Assembly: GCA_964291315.2 (NCBI GenBank)
Contig: OZ219753.1
Location: 160,001 to 224,000, forward strand
Source: Candidatus Poribacteria bacterium
GTDB taxonomy: Bacteria; Poribacteria; WGA-4E; WGA-3G
Reading direction: 5' to 3'
DNA: 64,000 bases
In this document: positions 10,991-19,401 of the stretch, in pieces
Numbering within the stretch: the first letter of the stretch is position 1
How the letters are laid out: every line of letters begins with the position of its first letter
Translations under genes and position numbers: made by a program
The notes under the pieces: generated by a model
Told to the model about the DNA's origin: nothing
Database searches by the model: none
What the model saw: only the letters and a program-made list of their open reading frames with translations

Positions 10991-12124
10991 TTAACGGTTA
11001 AAAACTTCTTGAGCTGCACTGATACCTGCGCCGAGAGGGACATCGTAGCCGATTTGCACTAAACCTCGCTCCAATGCAGAGATAGCGACAATAACATCGT
11101 TTTCGTTCATCCAACCGAGGTGTGCGATCCGGATGATTTTTCCACTTAACTGACTCTGACCTCCGGCGTAAGTTATACCGTATTTGTCTCGCATCAGGTT
11201 GATGAATGCCTTTCCATTTATTTTTTGCGGTAATCGGATTGAGGTTAAGGTGTTTGCTGGAGATACTGCAAATAAGGGTAAGCCTAATGCCTTAACAGCG
11301 CTCCGCGTTGCAAGTGCTAAGCGGCTGTGTCGGGCAATAGTTGTTCGGATTCCTTCAGTGCAGATGCGTTTCAAAGCGCATTGAAGAGCGGTAAGGAGTG
11401 TCACTGCTGGGGTATAGGGGGCAGAGCCTTTCGATCCACTCTTTTGTGCCTTGCGGTAGTCTAAGTAATACTTTGGGAGATCAGCGTGCTCGACTGCGTT
11501 CCACGCGCGGTGATTCAGAGCAGCGAACGCCAAACCGGGCGGTGTCATCAAACCTTTCTGGGAACAGGAGACGACGACATCCACGCCCCAGTTGTCCATC
11601 TGTAGATCATCTGCCCCGAGCGCGCTGACCGCATCAACAACCAAGAGTGTGGGACGAATCCGCGTTAGACGTGCTAACGCTTCAATGTCGTGCAAAGCCC
11701 CGGTTGAAGTCTCACAGAGCGTTGCGAAAACGGCTTTGACATCTGGAGATGCACTTAAGAGGGATTCTACTGTCTGTGGTTCGACGGAATTTCCCCAGGT
11801 TACGTCGATCGGGATAACTTCAACACCGTAAGCGGTGCAGATTTCACCCCATCGTTCCCCGAATTTACCGCTCCGAATTACAACTGCCTTGTCTCCGCAA
11901 GACAAAAGATTGGCGACTGCGCCTTCCATCGCCCCAGTGCCGGATGATGTCAAAAAAAGAACATCGTTTTCGGTTTGGAAGACGTGTTTGAGTTTTTCGA
12001 GTACGTCTTTGATTAAGGCGGCGGCGGCATTGCTGCGGTGGTAATCGATCGGTTGTGCCATCGCTAGCAAGGCTTCAGGCGGGATTAACGTGGGACCTGG
12101 GGTAAAAAGTATATCTTTTTTCAT
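10991..12124 (-). CDS. Class V aminotransferase (serine-pyruvate/alanine-glyoxylate family)
   Basis: LFTPGPT, SSGTGAME, CETSTG, VDAVS, SQKGLMTPPGL. Confidence 0.9.
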   Translation of the reverse strand: MKKDILFTPGPTLIPPEALLAMAQPIDYHRSNAAAALIKDVLEKLKHVFQTENDVLFLTSSGTGAMEGAVANLLSCGDKAVVIRSGKFGERWGEICTAYGVEVIPIDVTWGNSVEPQTVESLLSASPDVKAVFATLCETSTGALHDIEALARLTRIRPTLLVVDAVSALGADDLQMDNWGVDVVVSCSQKGLMTPPGLAFAALNHRAWNAVEHADLPKYYLDYRKAQKSGSKGSAPYTPAVTLLTALQCALKRICTEGIRTTIARHSRLALATRSAVKALGLPLFAVSPANTLTSIRLPQKINGKAFINLMRDKYGITYAGGQSQLSGKIIRIAHLGWMNENDVIVAISALERGLVQIGYDVPLGAGISAAQEVFNR

Positions 12125-12162
12125 GTTTCTTAATAGTTATTGGTTCTCGGTCAGCTGTTAAA

Positions 12163-12378
12163 TTAGGCCGTACTCACAGCCACAACAGTTTTACCCTCCA
12201 CGTTAACCACAATCCATTCTTGGTCTAGAAGTTCACAAAGGTTTATGACGGCAGCCCGTTGCGATGTGCTGTCCATCGGTATTTCGATGGTGAGTGTGGC
12301 GAATTCCTCTTTTTGTATTTCGCCTTCTTTGTCGAATTTCATAGGTGTAATCTGAATTTTTTTCAATTTTGCATCCAT
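12163..12378 (-). CDS. Small hypothetical protein
   Basis: 71-aa ORF with AAGGA RBS, co-oriented with neighbours, protein-like composition. Confidence 0.65.
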   Translation of the reverse strand: MDAKLKKIQITPMKFDKEGEIQKEEFATLTIEIPMDSTSQRAAVINLCELLDQEWIVVNVEGKTVVAVSTA

Positions 12379-12591
12379 ATTTTTCCTTACTAATGTGAGT
12401 TCAATTTAAAGGTTGAAGTTGATCGTATAATACGAGCTAGTGAGGATCAAAACCAAATTTAGTATGAGGATGGGCTCAAAATCCGCTCCCTCTAGGACAT
12501 CCACGCGTACACTACAAAGATGTACGGTTTTGTGTAAGGGGTCTCTTACATTTGCCTTAGTCCTTAGAAGGAATTCGGATAAATTATAAAA

Positions 12592-13602
12592 TTATGTTTT
12601 ATCCATGAACGAGGCAATGTCAATACATTCTCCATTGCGGCGGGAGGACTCCCATCCTGCTAAAACTGGGGCTAAGGAGAAGAGTCCATCGTGATAATCA
12701 CTGAGCAACATACTGGAGTCTCCAGATTGAACGGCGTGGATAAAGGTTTTATCCTGTTCCAACCACGGATCAAATTCATCTGCTTGATAGAGAAGTTCAC
12801 CATTTACCACAATCTTTTCGTATCCGTGAATTTCAAGACATCCGCCTTGGTACAATATAGTGAAACGAGGTTCGTTTTTCGGCCCCGGACCCACGGAGAC
12901 GAAGTTAAGTGTCATCGTTGCACCGTTCTCGAAACAGTAGTTGAAGCTGCTGGACAAGGCGTTGGCATAAGCGGGATGGTCATAATAGAATGCTTGAGAT
13001 TTGACGACGTTTAATCTAGTCATGAAGCGGGCGTAGTCGGTTGCATGAACCCCCCAATCCAAGGCGCGTCCGCCAGATTTGTCCATTTCTTCCCACCAAG
13101 TTTTGGGACCACCTGCCTTTAGGGGCGGTAGACTGCCGAAGCTCTGAAATCGGACATGTACAATCAGCTTGTCCTTCAAATATCGGCGGGCTTCTTGAAA
13201 GATCGGACGATATCGTTCTCGGAATCCGACGGTGCTGATGACTCCTGTTTGCTGAATTGCATCGTTAATTCGGTGGGCAGCTTTCATTGTAATTGCTTGC
13301 GGTTTTTCACTGAAGATATGGATGCCTTTTTGTGCAGCAGTCACTTCGATGTCAGTTCGCACGTACGCCGGTACGATAGAGTATAGCACATCAATTGCTT
13401 CAGTGTCAAGCATTTCGTGTGCGTCTTGGTAGATCCTGGAAATTTCGAAGCGTGTCGCTGTTTCTTGGGCCGTTTCGAGATTGCTATCACATGCAGCGAC
13501 AATATCCACAGCCCCTATTTGCAGTAGGTTCGGGATTCGAGTTCTGTTAGGGAAGTTTCCACATCCGTAGAAAGCGACCCGGACGCGTGATGCTGTTGAC
13601 AC
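12592..13602 (-). CDS. Gfo/Idh/MocA oxidoreductase
   Basis: YGCGNF, HIFSEKP, GG.ALDWGVHATD. Confidence 0.88.
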   Translation of the reverse strand: MSTASRVRVAFYGCGNFPNRTRIPNLLQIGAVDIVAACDSNLETAQETATRFEISRIYQDAHEMLDTEAIDVLYSIVPAYVRTDIEVTAAQKGIHIFSEKPQAITMKAAHRINDAIQQTGVISTVGFRERYRPIFQEARRYLKDKLIVHVRFQSFGSLPPLKAGGPKTWWEEMDKSGGRALDWGVHATDYARFMTRLNVVKSQAFYYDHPAYANALSSSFNYCFENGATMTLNFVSVGPGPKNEPRFTILYQGGCLEIHGYEKIVVNGELLYQADEFDPWLEQDKTFIHAVQSGDSSMLLSDYHDGLFSLAPVLAGWESSRRNGECIDIASFMDKT

Positions 13603-13636
13603 AATAAATATTCTCCAAGTGCTTCTTCATGATTTT

Positions 13637-14114
13637 TCAAGTTTCTCTCCACGTCGGAACAGTCCACGTATTGAACCACTTGCCTTTCCGGATGAGCTGT
13701 TTCTCTAGCATCTCTATTTCACATTCTATTTCTGCAGTGAACGGGAGAATGTTCGTTCTGTCTCCGACGATTTCGCGCATTGCTTCAATAAACGCCGTTT
13801 TATGGGTGACATTTAGGGGCCAATGTCGTATCGGAATCAGATCAGATTTCCAATAGCCGAGGTGCAAGCCCCTCGTCAAGCCAGAGTTTCGGGTGAATTA
13901 AGACATCTATCTTGCCTCGAAAATTCACCAATACTAGGTAGCGTTCATGAAAATCACCTGTGTGTGGAATAGATACCTCATTTGCGGCATCGGTACCGGG
14001 GCTCAGCCAAGCCCCGGATTCCATATCAATAGGAACTTCAGGTTGATGGACGTTTGCAGTGAGGTCGACATCTGTAAACGGAGACGCTGCTAGAGCAGTG
14101 ACCCAGCAGAACAT
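13637..14114 (-). pseudogene. Possible frameshifted remnant of a secreted protein (peptidase MA-like WLDEGLA motif)
   Basis: Two overlapping short ORFs (13842-14114 and 13637-13879); signal-peptide-like start; no HExxH seen. Confidence 0.35.
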
Positions 14115-14154
14115 GAAAAAATAATCAGGCAGCCTGCATAAACAGTGTCTATCC

Positions 14155-14925
14155 CTAATATTGAGTTTTCACTGCTGCCCAAGCGGTTGTGGCTTTCCCG
14201 GTTGGTTCAACAGGGAAAGGGTTAAGGTTGTCGTTAAAATATTCATACTCGACCTCTAAATTCCCGGTGCCTGCCGCAACGCCGGCGTAAACACCGAGCC
14301 ATAAAGGTGGTGTGAGTTTGAATTCGGTTACACCAATCTCGATCCAATCCTCTTTTCCCTCAGTTTTATACCAAGCGCTGTATTCATCTCCGTCTTTAGC
14401 AAGTCGGAGAAAGAGTTCAGTTTCTCCGAATTCAGGGGTGAACCCAGCATTTCCTGTTAAACCGTTACCGCCTTCATTCTGTTTTGTCTGATACTGGATT
14501 TGTCCTTTTGCAGCTGCATCTCGGGACCAGAATTTGATGGTAACCCAATTGTCGTCCTTCGGGCTTTTCACAACGAGGCCATTGACACCTGAACTAGTGT
14601 CCCATCTGGCGAAGAAGTGGGTTTCGACATCGAAAATATCTGTGTCGGTTTCCTGATACAGCAGATGAGACATATCGTTTGCCCAGAGATTTCGGTTTTG
14701 TTCGCTGTCAATAAACAGATAATTCTCACGGGTGTGGCCGAGATCCCATTTGGGTGGTTCGTTTTGCCATTTCCAGTTGGGATTTTGCAAAGTCCCTTTC
14801 TCAAACGGGTCACCAAATGAGTTTTGTGCGGCTGCAACCCCTGCGAAAAGGAGTGTAAGCAGGCACACACTAGCGCTACACAGGACAATTTCTTTAAAAC
14901 CTATTGTTGGTAATAGAGTTTTCAT
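14155..14925 (-). CDS. Secreted ConA/LamG-like beta-sandwich protein (DUF1349-like) with C-terminal motif VEPTGKATTAWAAVK
   Basis: Signal peptide; LRLAKDGDEYSAWY...W..IG pattern typical of DUF1349/GH43-C folds. Confidence 0.65.
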   Translation of the reverse strand: MKTLLPTIGFKEIVLCSASVCLLTLLFAGVAAAQNSFGDPFEKGTLQNPNWKWQNEPPKWDLGHTRENYLFIDSEQNRNLWANDMSHLLYQETDTDIFDVETHFFARWDTSSGVNGLVVKSPKDDNWVTIKFWSRDAAAKGQIQYQTKQNEGGNGLTGNAGFTPEFGETELFLRLAKDGDEYSAWYKTEGKEDWIEIGVTEFKLTPPLWLGVYAGVAAGTGNLEVEYEYFNDNLNPFPVEPTGKATTAWAAVKTQY

Positions 14926-14952
14926 ACGTCTATTTTATACCTCCTATCTTCA

Positions 14953-14981
14953 ATTTTAAAACAAATTATCCGAATTGTCAA
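14953..14981 (-). promoter_or_regulatory. Sigma70-type promoter
   Basis: TTGACA-17bp-TAAAAT upstream of the gene starting at 14925. Confidence 0.7.
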
Positions 14982-15330
14982 GATGAATCAAATTCTACGC
15001 GATACTCAGTCCCGCTTTACGCCAACAACTATGTGTTCGGACGACATATCTTCGGGAATAGCAACAAAAATGTTCTACTCTATTTTACAAAGTACAAAAC
15101 TTGCTAACATGAACTGTGGATTTGTGTTTGGCGTTTTTAAAAGAGTTCTGTAAATTTTCCGTTGTTATTTTTTATGAGATTGTATATTATATCTCTTATG
15201 TGAAGTTCGTATATTCATCTTGGAAGCGAGGAGCAGAATTTTAAAAGACAGCTTGTCAGGCTCGATCAGGACTAGGGTAAGAAGCATACTGTGCTTGTAA
15301 CGCGCCTAGCGCGCAGAGGAGTAGACGATT

Positions 15331-16353
15331 ATGGTAGGGAAACTGAAAGTTGCAGCGGTTGGATGTGGCGGTATCGGGTATAGACATCAGCTTGGTTATC
15401 TTCAGCATCCCGGGGTGAACTTAGTGGCAGTGTGTGACATAGATGTTGCGAAGGCGAAAGCACGTGCCGAAGAACTTGGTATCCGCAAGTGGTATCCTTC
15501 TGTCAAAGAGATGCTAGAGCACGAGGAGTGCGATTTAGTGGATATTGTAACAGCTGACTATTTGCACTTTGAGCCGGTGATGGAATGCATTGAAGCGGGC
15601 AAACATGTTATTTCTGAGAAACCGCTGTCGCTGTATATCAACGAGGCGGAGCAGATGGTAGCGAAGGCAGAAGAGAAGGGGGTTTATCTCGCGATTGATT
15701 ACAATCGGCGTTTTGCTCCTGGTTATGTCCAAGCGCGGAAATGGTTTGATGCTGGTGAGATCGGGCAGACTTACTACTTAGACATGAAATTATCCCAGGG
15801 AGGCCCCGCTTCAACGTGGAAGGGCGAGTATTACCTTCTGTATGAGCTACAAACGCATGCAATTGATCTGTTGCGGTGGTTTGGCGGTGAAATCGTAGCT
15901 GTTTGTGCACAAATGGCAAAACCGCGCCAGCATGAAGCCCGCGAGGGTGAGAATGCCTGCTATACAAGTATGGCTATTTCGTTCCGTTATGAGACAGAGG
16001 TCGTTGCCACATTAATGGCGAGTTGGGATAGCGATTTTATTCATCCTATTGAGCATCTCGAAATCTGTGGTTCCGATGGCGAAATCGTTGTTGATAATGT
16101 TTTAACTCGCGCAACATTGATGAAACGCGGTAATCAGATCGTTGAAGAATATCGGCCGTCCATTTTTAAAGACGAGCAACTCGCCTTTAATGGAACGTTT
16201 GCCTTGCGGATTGCAGCACTCGTTGACGATTTGCTGGCCGACCGGTCGCCTGCACCTACCGGAAGGGACGGTTTACAAGCCCTCCGAGTAACCGAAGCAA
16301 TTGTGGAATCGTGGAAGAGGAAATGTGAGGTGGTGGTTAAGATTGATCCGTAA
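15331..16353 (+). CDS. Gfo/Idh/MocA oxidoreductase
   Basis: VGCGGIG, GKHVISEKP, YNRRFAP. Confidence 0.9.
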   Translation: MVGKLKVAAVGCGGIGYRHQLGYLQHPGVNLVAVCDIDVAKAKARAEELGIRKWYPSVKEMLEHEECDLVDIVTADYLHFEPVMECIEAGKHVISEKPLSLYINEAEQMVAKAEEKGVYLAIDYNRRFAPGYVQARKWFDAGEIGQTYYLDMKLSQGGPASTWKGEYYLLYELQTHAIDLLRWFGGEIVAVCAQMAKPRQHEAREGENACYTSMAISFRYETEVVATLMASWDSDFIHPIEHLEICGSDGEIVVDNVLTRATLMKRGNQIVEEYRPSIFKDEQLAFNGTFALRIAALVDDLLADRSPAPTGRDGLQALRVTEAIVESWKRKCEVVVKIDP

Positions 16354-16411
16354 GGATGGTAAACTGTTTGGCCCGCAACCCGTTTCTATAATATCCAAGG
16401 AGGATAAAATT

Positions 16412-17101
16412 ATGAGGTGCCATTTGTCTATTTTGGGCGAAGTGTGTCTATCATTGATTACGGATTTTTCATATTCAGCTGGGTGCACTTGTGTTGGGTC
16501 ATTTATTTTTGCCTTTTTGGCAATAAGTTGCGGACCACCCCCTCAGGGGCAATACCATGTTCCGGAATCGGCGATCCAAGCCGCCGAGAGAAACGAACCG
16601 GAACGAACCAAGCAGAATCAACAGATTCGGTTACCTGAGAGTGCTATGGTCCGGTTGGAAGAGAAACCTTATCTAAGAAATGCGTTCAAAGAAACGCCGC
16701 GCGTTGGCAGCAGAGGTGGGCTCGATGATTTTTATGCAACCACCCGCGGTAGAGTCCAGAATCTTGCGGTTGTTTCCGACTGTTCGCTCGATGTACTAAA
16801 AGCCTTTATTGCGAAGGGATGGCCCCCTATCGTGATGATTCAATTCCAAGGACGAAGTCCTGAGATATTAATGTTGTCCGGTTATAATGATCAATTGAGC
16901 GAAGTATCGCTTCAAAATCCGACTAATTTTAGCAAGCGCCGGTTGAGTTACACCGATTTTGAGGCATCTTGGAGCAAGCGTTCAAGGAACAAGTGTATTT
17001 TAATCACAGCACAACAACTTTCGAAAATAGACGTTCATAACGTGTTACGGAGATACTTACCCACAGAAGCGTTCCAAGGGACTAACGTCAGGAGTCGTTA
17101 G
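16412..17101 (+). CDS. Putative lipoprotein with degenerate peptidase C39-like C-terminus
   Basis: LAISC lipobox-like site; GWPPIV...LSGYND...VSLQNP...FEASW pattern; start uncertain. Confidence 0.5.
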   Translation: MRCHLSILGEVCLSLITDFSYSAGCTCVGSFIFAFLAISCGPPPQGQYHVPESAIQAAERNEPERTKQNQQIRLPESAMVRLEEKPYLRNAFKETPRVGSRGGLDDFYATTRGRVQNLAVVSDCSLDVLKAFIAKGWPPIVMIQFQGRSPEILMLSGYNDQLSEVSLQNPTNFSKRRLSYTDFEASWSKRSRNKCILITAQQLSKIDVHNVLRRYLPTEAFQGTNVRSR

Positions 17102-17142
17102 TTCAATCTTGCCGATTTCGGTTAGATATTGTTAAGTGTTAG

Positions 17143-19029
17143 TTAGCGATGAAATCGGCGTTCCAATTCATCTCGCCCCATCTCAACGATGATAGGACGT
17201 GAGTGTGGACAATTGAAGGGTAGTTTTGCCTCGGATAACTCTTTGAGGAGGTTTATCATCTCTTTCGTATCCAATGTATCTCCTGCTTTAACGGCTGATT
17301 TGCATGCGACGGTTATCAAGGCGTTATCAATCGCTTCCGGGATTTGTACTTCGGTGTATGGTTGTGTCTGAAGTTTGTCGAGTAAATCTGTTACGGTTTG
17401 TGCTGCAACGCGTGTTGGTAATGGTGCCGGAATTGCGCGGATTAAAATAGTATTTCCCCCGAATTCGTCTAAGTCAAAACCGAGTGTTGTAAAAATATCT
17501 CTGTGAATTTTGAGGTTGCTGAGCTGCTCTGGTGTGCTTTCCAAAGTGACAGGTAATAGCAGTCCTTGCATAGGAATACCGCCGGTTTCCATCTGGTTAA
17601 CGAAACGTTCATAAAGCACACGTTCTGCGGCGACGTGCTGGTCGATAAAGAAAATTTTATCGTTCGACTCAACAACAATATAGGTTTGAAAAAGGTTTGT
17701 CTTCAGTTGGACGTTCTCGAAATCAAGTAGGCTGAGGTCTGCGTTTTCAGGGACCTGCTGTGGTGGTTGCACAACAATTTCAGCAGATGCAATTGGGGGT
17801 CGAGCCTCGTCGGTTTTCGGTAATGCCTGACCGGTTTTTGATTCCGAATTCCCACTTTCGGTTTCTATAGGGTTTTCTGGCTGCCCCGTAAATTGTGTCC
17901 GTTGCGTTTCGCTAGTGCCTGGGTGGGTGTTTGATGTACCGCGTGATCTGGAAATCCGTTGTGGTAAATTCATATTGCGGTTTTCAGTCTCTTCTGCAGA
18001 TTGCCTTGGTTCAACGGGGGTTTCGATTTTAGGAATGTACTTCGCTTTGTGGATAGCGTTGCGGAGCATTCGAACGATACCGCTATAAATGGTACGTTCG
18101 TTCCGAAAGCGCACTTCTATTTTGGCCGGGTGTGCGTTGACATCCACCGCTTCTGGTTCTAAGGTTAGAAATAGCAGCGCGACGGGCTGCCGGTCCTTGG
18201 CGATCATCGAATTAAGTGATTCTGTGAGGGCGGCGGCTATGATATGGCTGCGAATTGGGCGCTGATTGAGAAAAAAGAGTTGGTATTCACGGTTCGGCTT
18301 TGTGAATTCCGGTTTTCCGAGTAAGCCGTACATTTTCAAGTCGGGCAATTCTTCTGTGAATTCTATGAGGTTGTTAGCGAATTCTTTGCCGTATATGAGG
18401 CGGATCCGTTCCAAGTGTGAATCGCAGGCGCGGACATCGAGAATGGACCTCTTGTTGTGTTTCAGCGAAAAATGGAGACTCGGGTGGGCAAGAGCTGTCC
18501 ATGTTACCTGTTTGGTAATGTGATTTATTTCTGTAGTGTCGGTTTTCAGGAACTTCAGACGTGCTGGAACGTTGTAAAAGAGATTGTTAACTGACATGTG
18601 GGTGCCGGGAGAGCATCCGCTTTCCTGAACGGATCGAAAAACGCCGCCTTCAACGTTCACCTTTGTTCCGATGAGTGCGCTGGGCGTACGGGTGAGGAGT
18701 TCGAATTGTGAAACTGAGGCGATACTGGCTAAAGCTTCGCCACGGAAACCAAAGGTCTGAATCTGATCAAGATCTTCGATACGGTTGACTTTGCTCGTTG
18801 CGTGGCGTTCTAAGGCGAGGAGTGCGTCCTCGCGTTCCATCCCGAGCCCGTTGTCAGAAACGCGGATGAGGCGTTTCCCGCCGGCGCGAACTTCTACACG
18901 AATCGAGGTGCTTTCGGCATCTACCGCGTTTTCGACGAGTTCCTTGACGACTGAGGCAGGACGCTCAACGACTTCGCCTGCGGCGATCTTATTAGCGACA
19001 TCTGCAGAGAGTATTTTAATTTTGGGCAT
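17143..19029 (-). CDS. mutL: DNA mismatch repair endonuclease MutL
   Basis: IAAGEVVERPASVVKELVEN, GFRGEAL, DQHVAAER, ACKSAVK, CPHSRP. Confidence 0.97.
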   Translation of the reverse strand: MPKIKILSADVANKIAAGEVVERPASVVKELVENAVDAESTSIRVEVRAGGKRLIRVSDNGLGMEREDALLALERHATSKVNRIEDLDQIQTFGFRGEALASIASVSQFELLTRTPSALIGTKVNVEGGVFRSVQESGCSPGTHMSVNNLFYNVPARLKFLKTDTTEINHITKQVTWTALAHPSLHFSLKHNKRSILDVRACDSHLERIRLIYGKEFANNLIEFTEELPDLKMYGLLGKPEFTKPNREYQLFFLNQRPIRSHIIAAALTESLNSMIAKDRQPVALLFLTLEPEAVDVNAHPAKIEVRFRNERTIYSGIVRMLRNAIHKAKYIPKIETPVEPRQSAEETENRNMNLPQRISRSRGTSNTHPGTSETQRTQFTGQPENPIETESGNSESKTGQALPKTDEARPPIASAEIVVQPPQQVPENADLSLLDFENVQLKTNLFQTYIVVESNDKIFFIDQHVAAERVLYERFVNQMETGGIPMQGLLLPVTLESTPEQLSNLKIHRDIFTTLGFDLDEFGGNTILIRAIPAPLPTRVAAQTVTDLLDKLQTQPYTEVQIPEAIDNALITVACKSAVKAGDTLDTKEMINLLKELSEAKLPFNCPHSRPIIVEMGRDELERRFHR

Positions 19030-19300
19030 ATTATTTTAACGATTACTCCTAGGCTACCGTGTCCTTTGTCCTTGAAAGTTTCTAGTTAATGTAATGTGCT
19101 CTTGATAATTATTTGGTTCATCTTTGGATAAAGAGAAGTCTTGCACAGCCTAGCAGGAAATTGTGCCATAGATGCACAGACCGCTAGTTTATGCTACAAG
19201 CCCTACGCCAACCCTAACAGGCTATGCTACGGAAGAACCTACCCAACTTTTTTCAAACTCACGTTATTATAACAACACACTGCTTGCGAACTATTCCCAA

Positions 19301-19329
19301 ATTATAGCACCGTACTCTGCCCCTGTCAA
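19301..19329 (-). promoter_or_regulatory. Consensus sigma70 promoter upstream of mutL
   Basis: TTGACA-17bp-TATAAT with extended -10 TG. Confidence 0.8.
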
Positions 19330-19401
19330 CAGTATTATTTTAATGCATCGCGTTGTTAGTTAAACAAAGTAGATAGAATGGAAAGCGTTAGAGCGGCCAC
19401 G

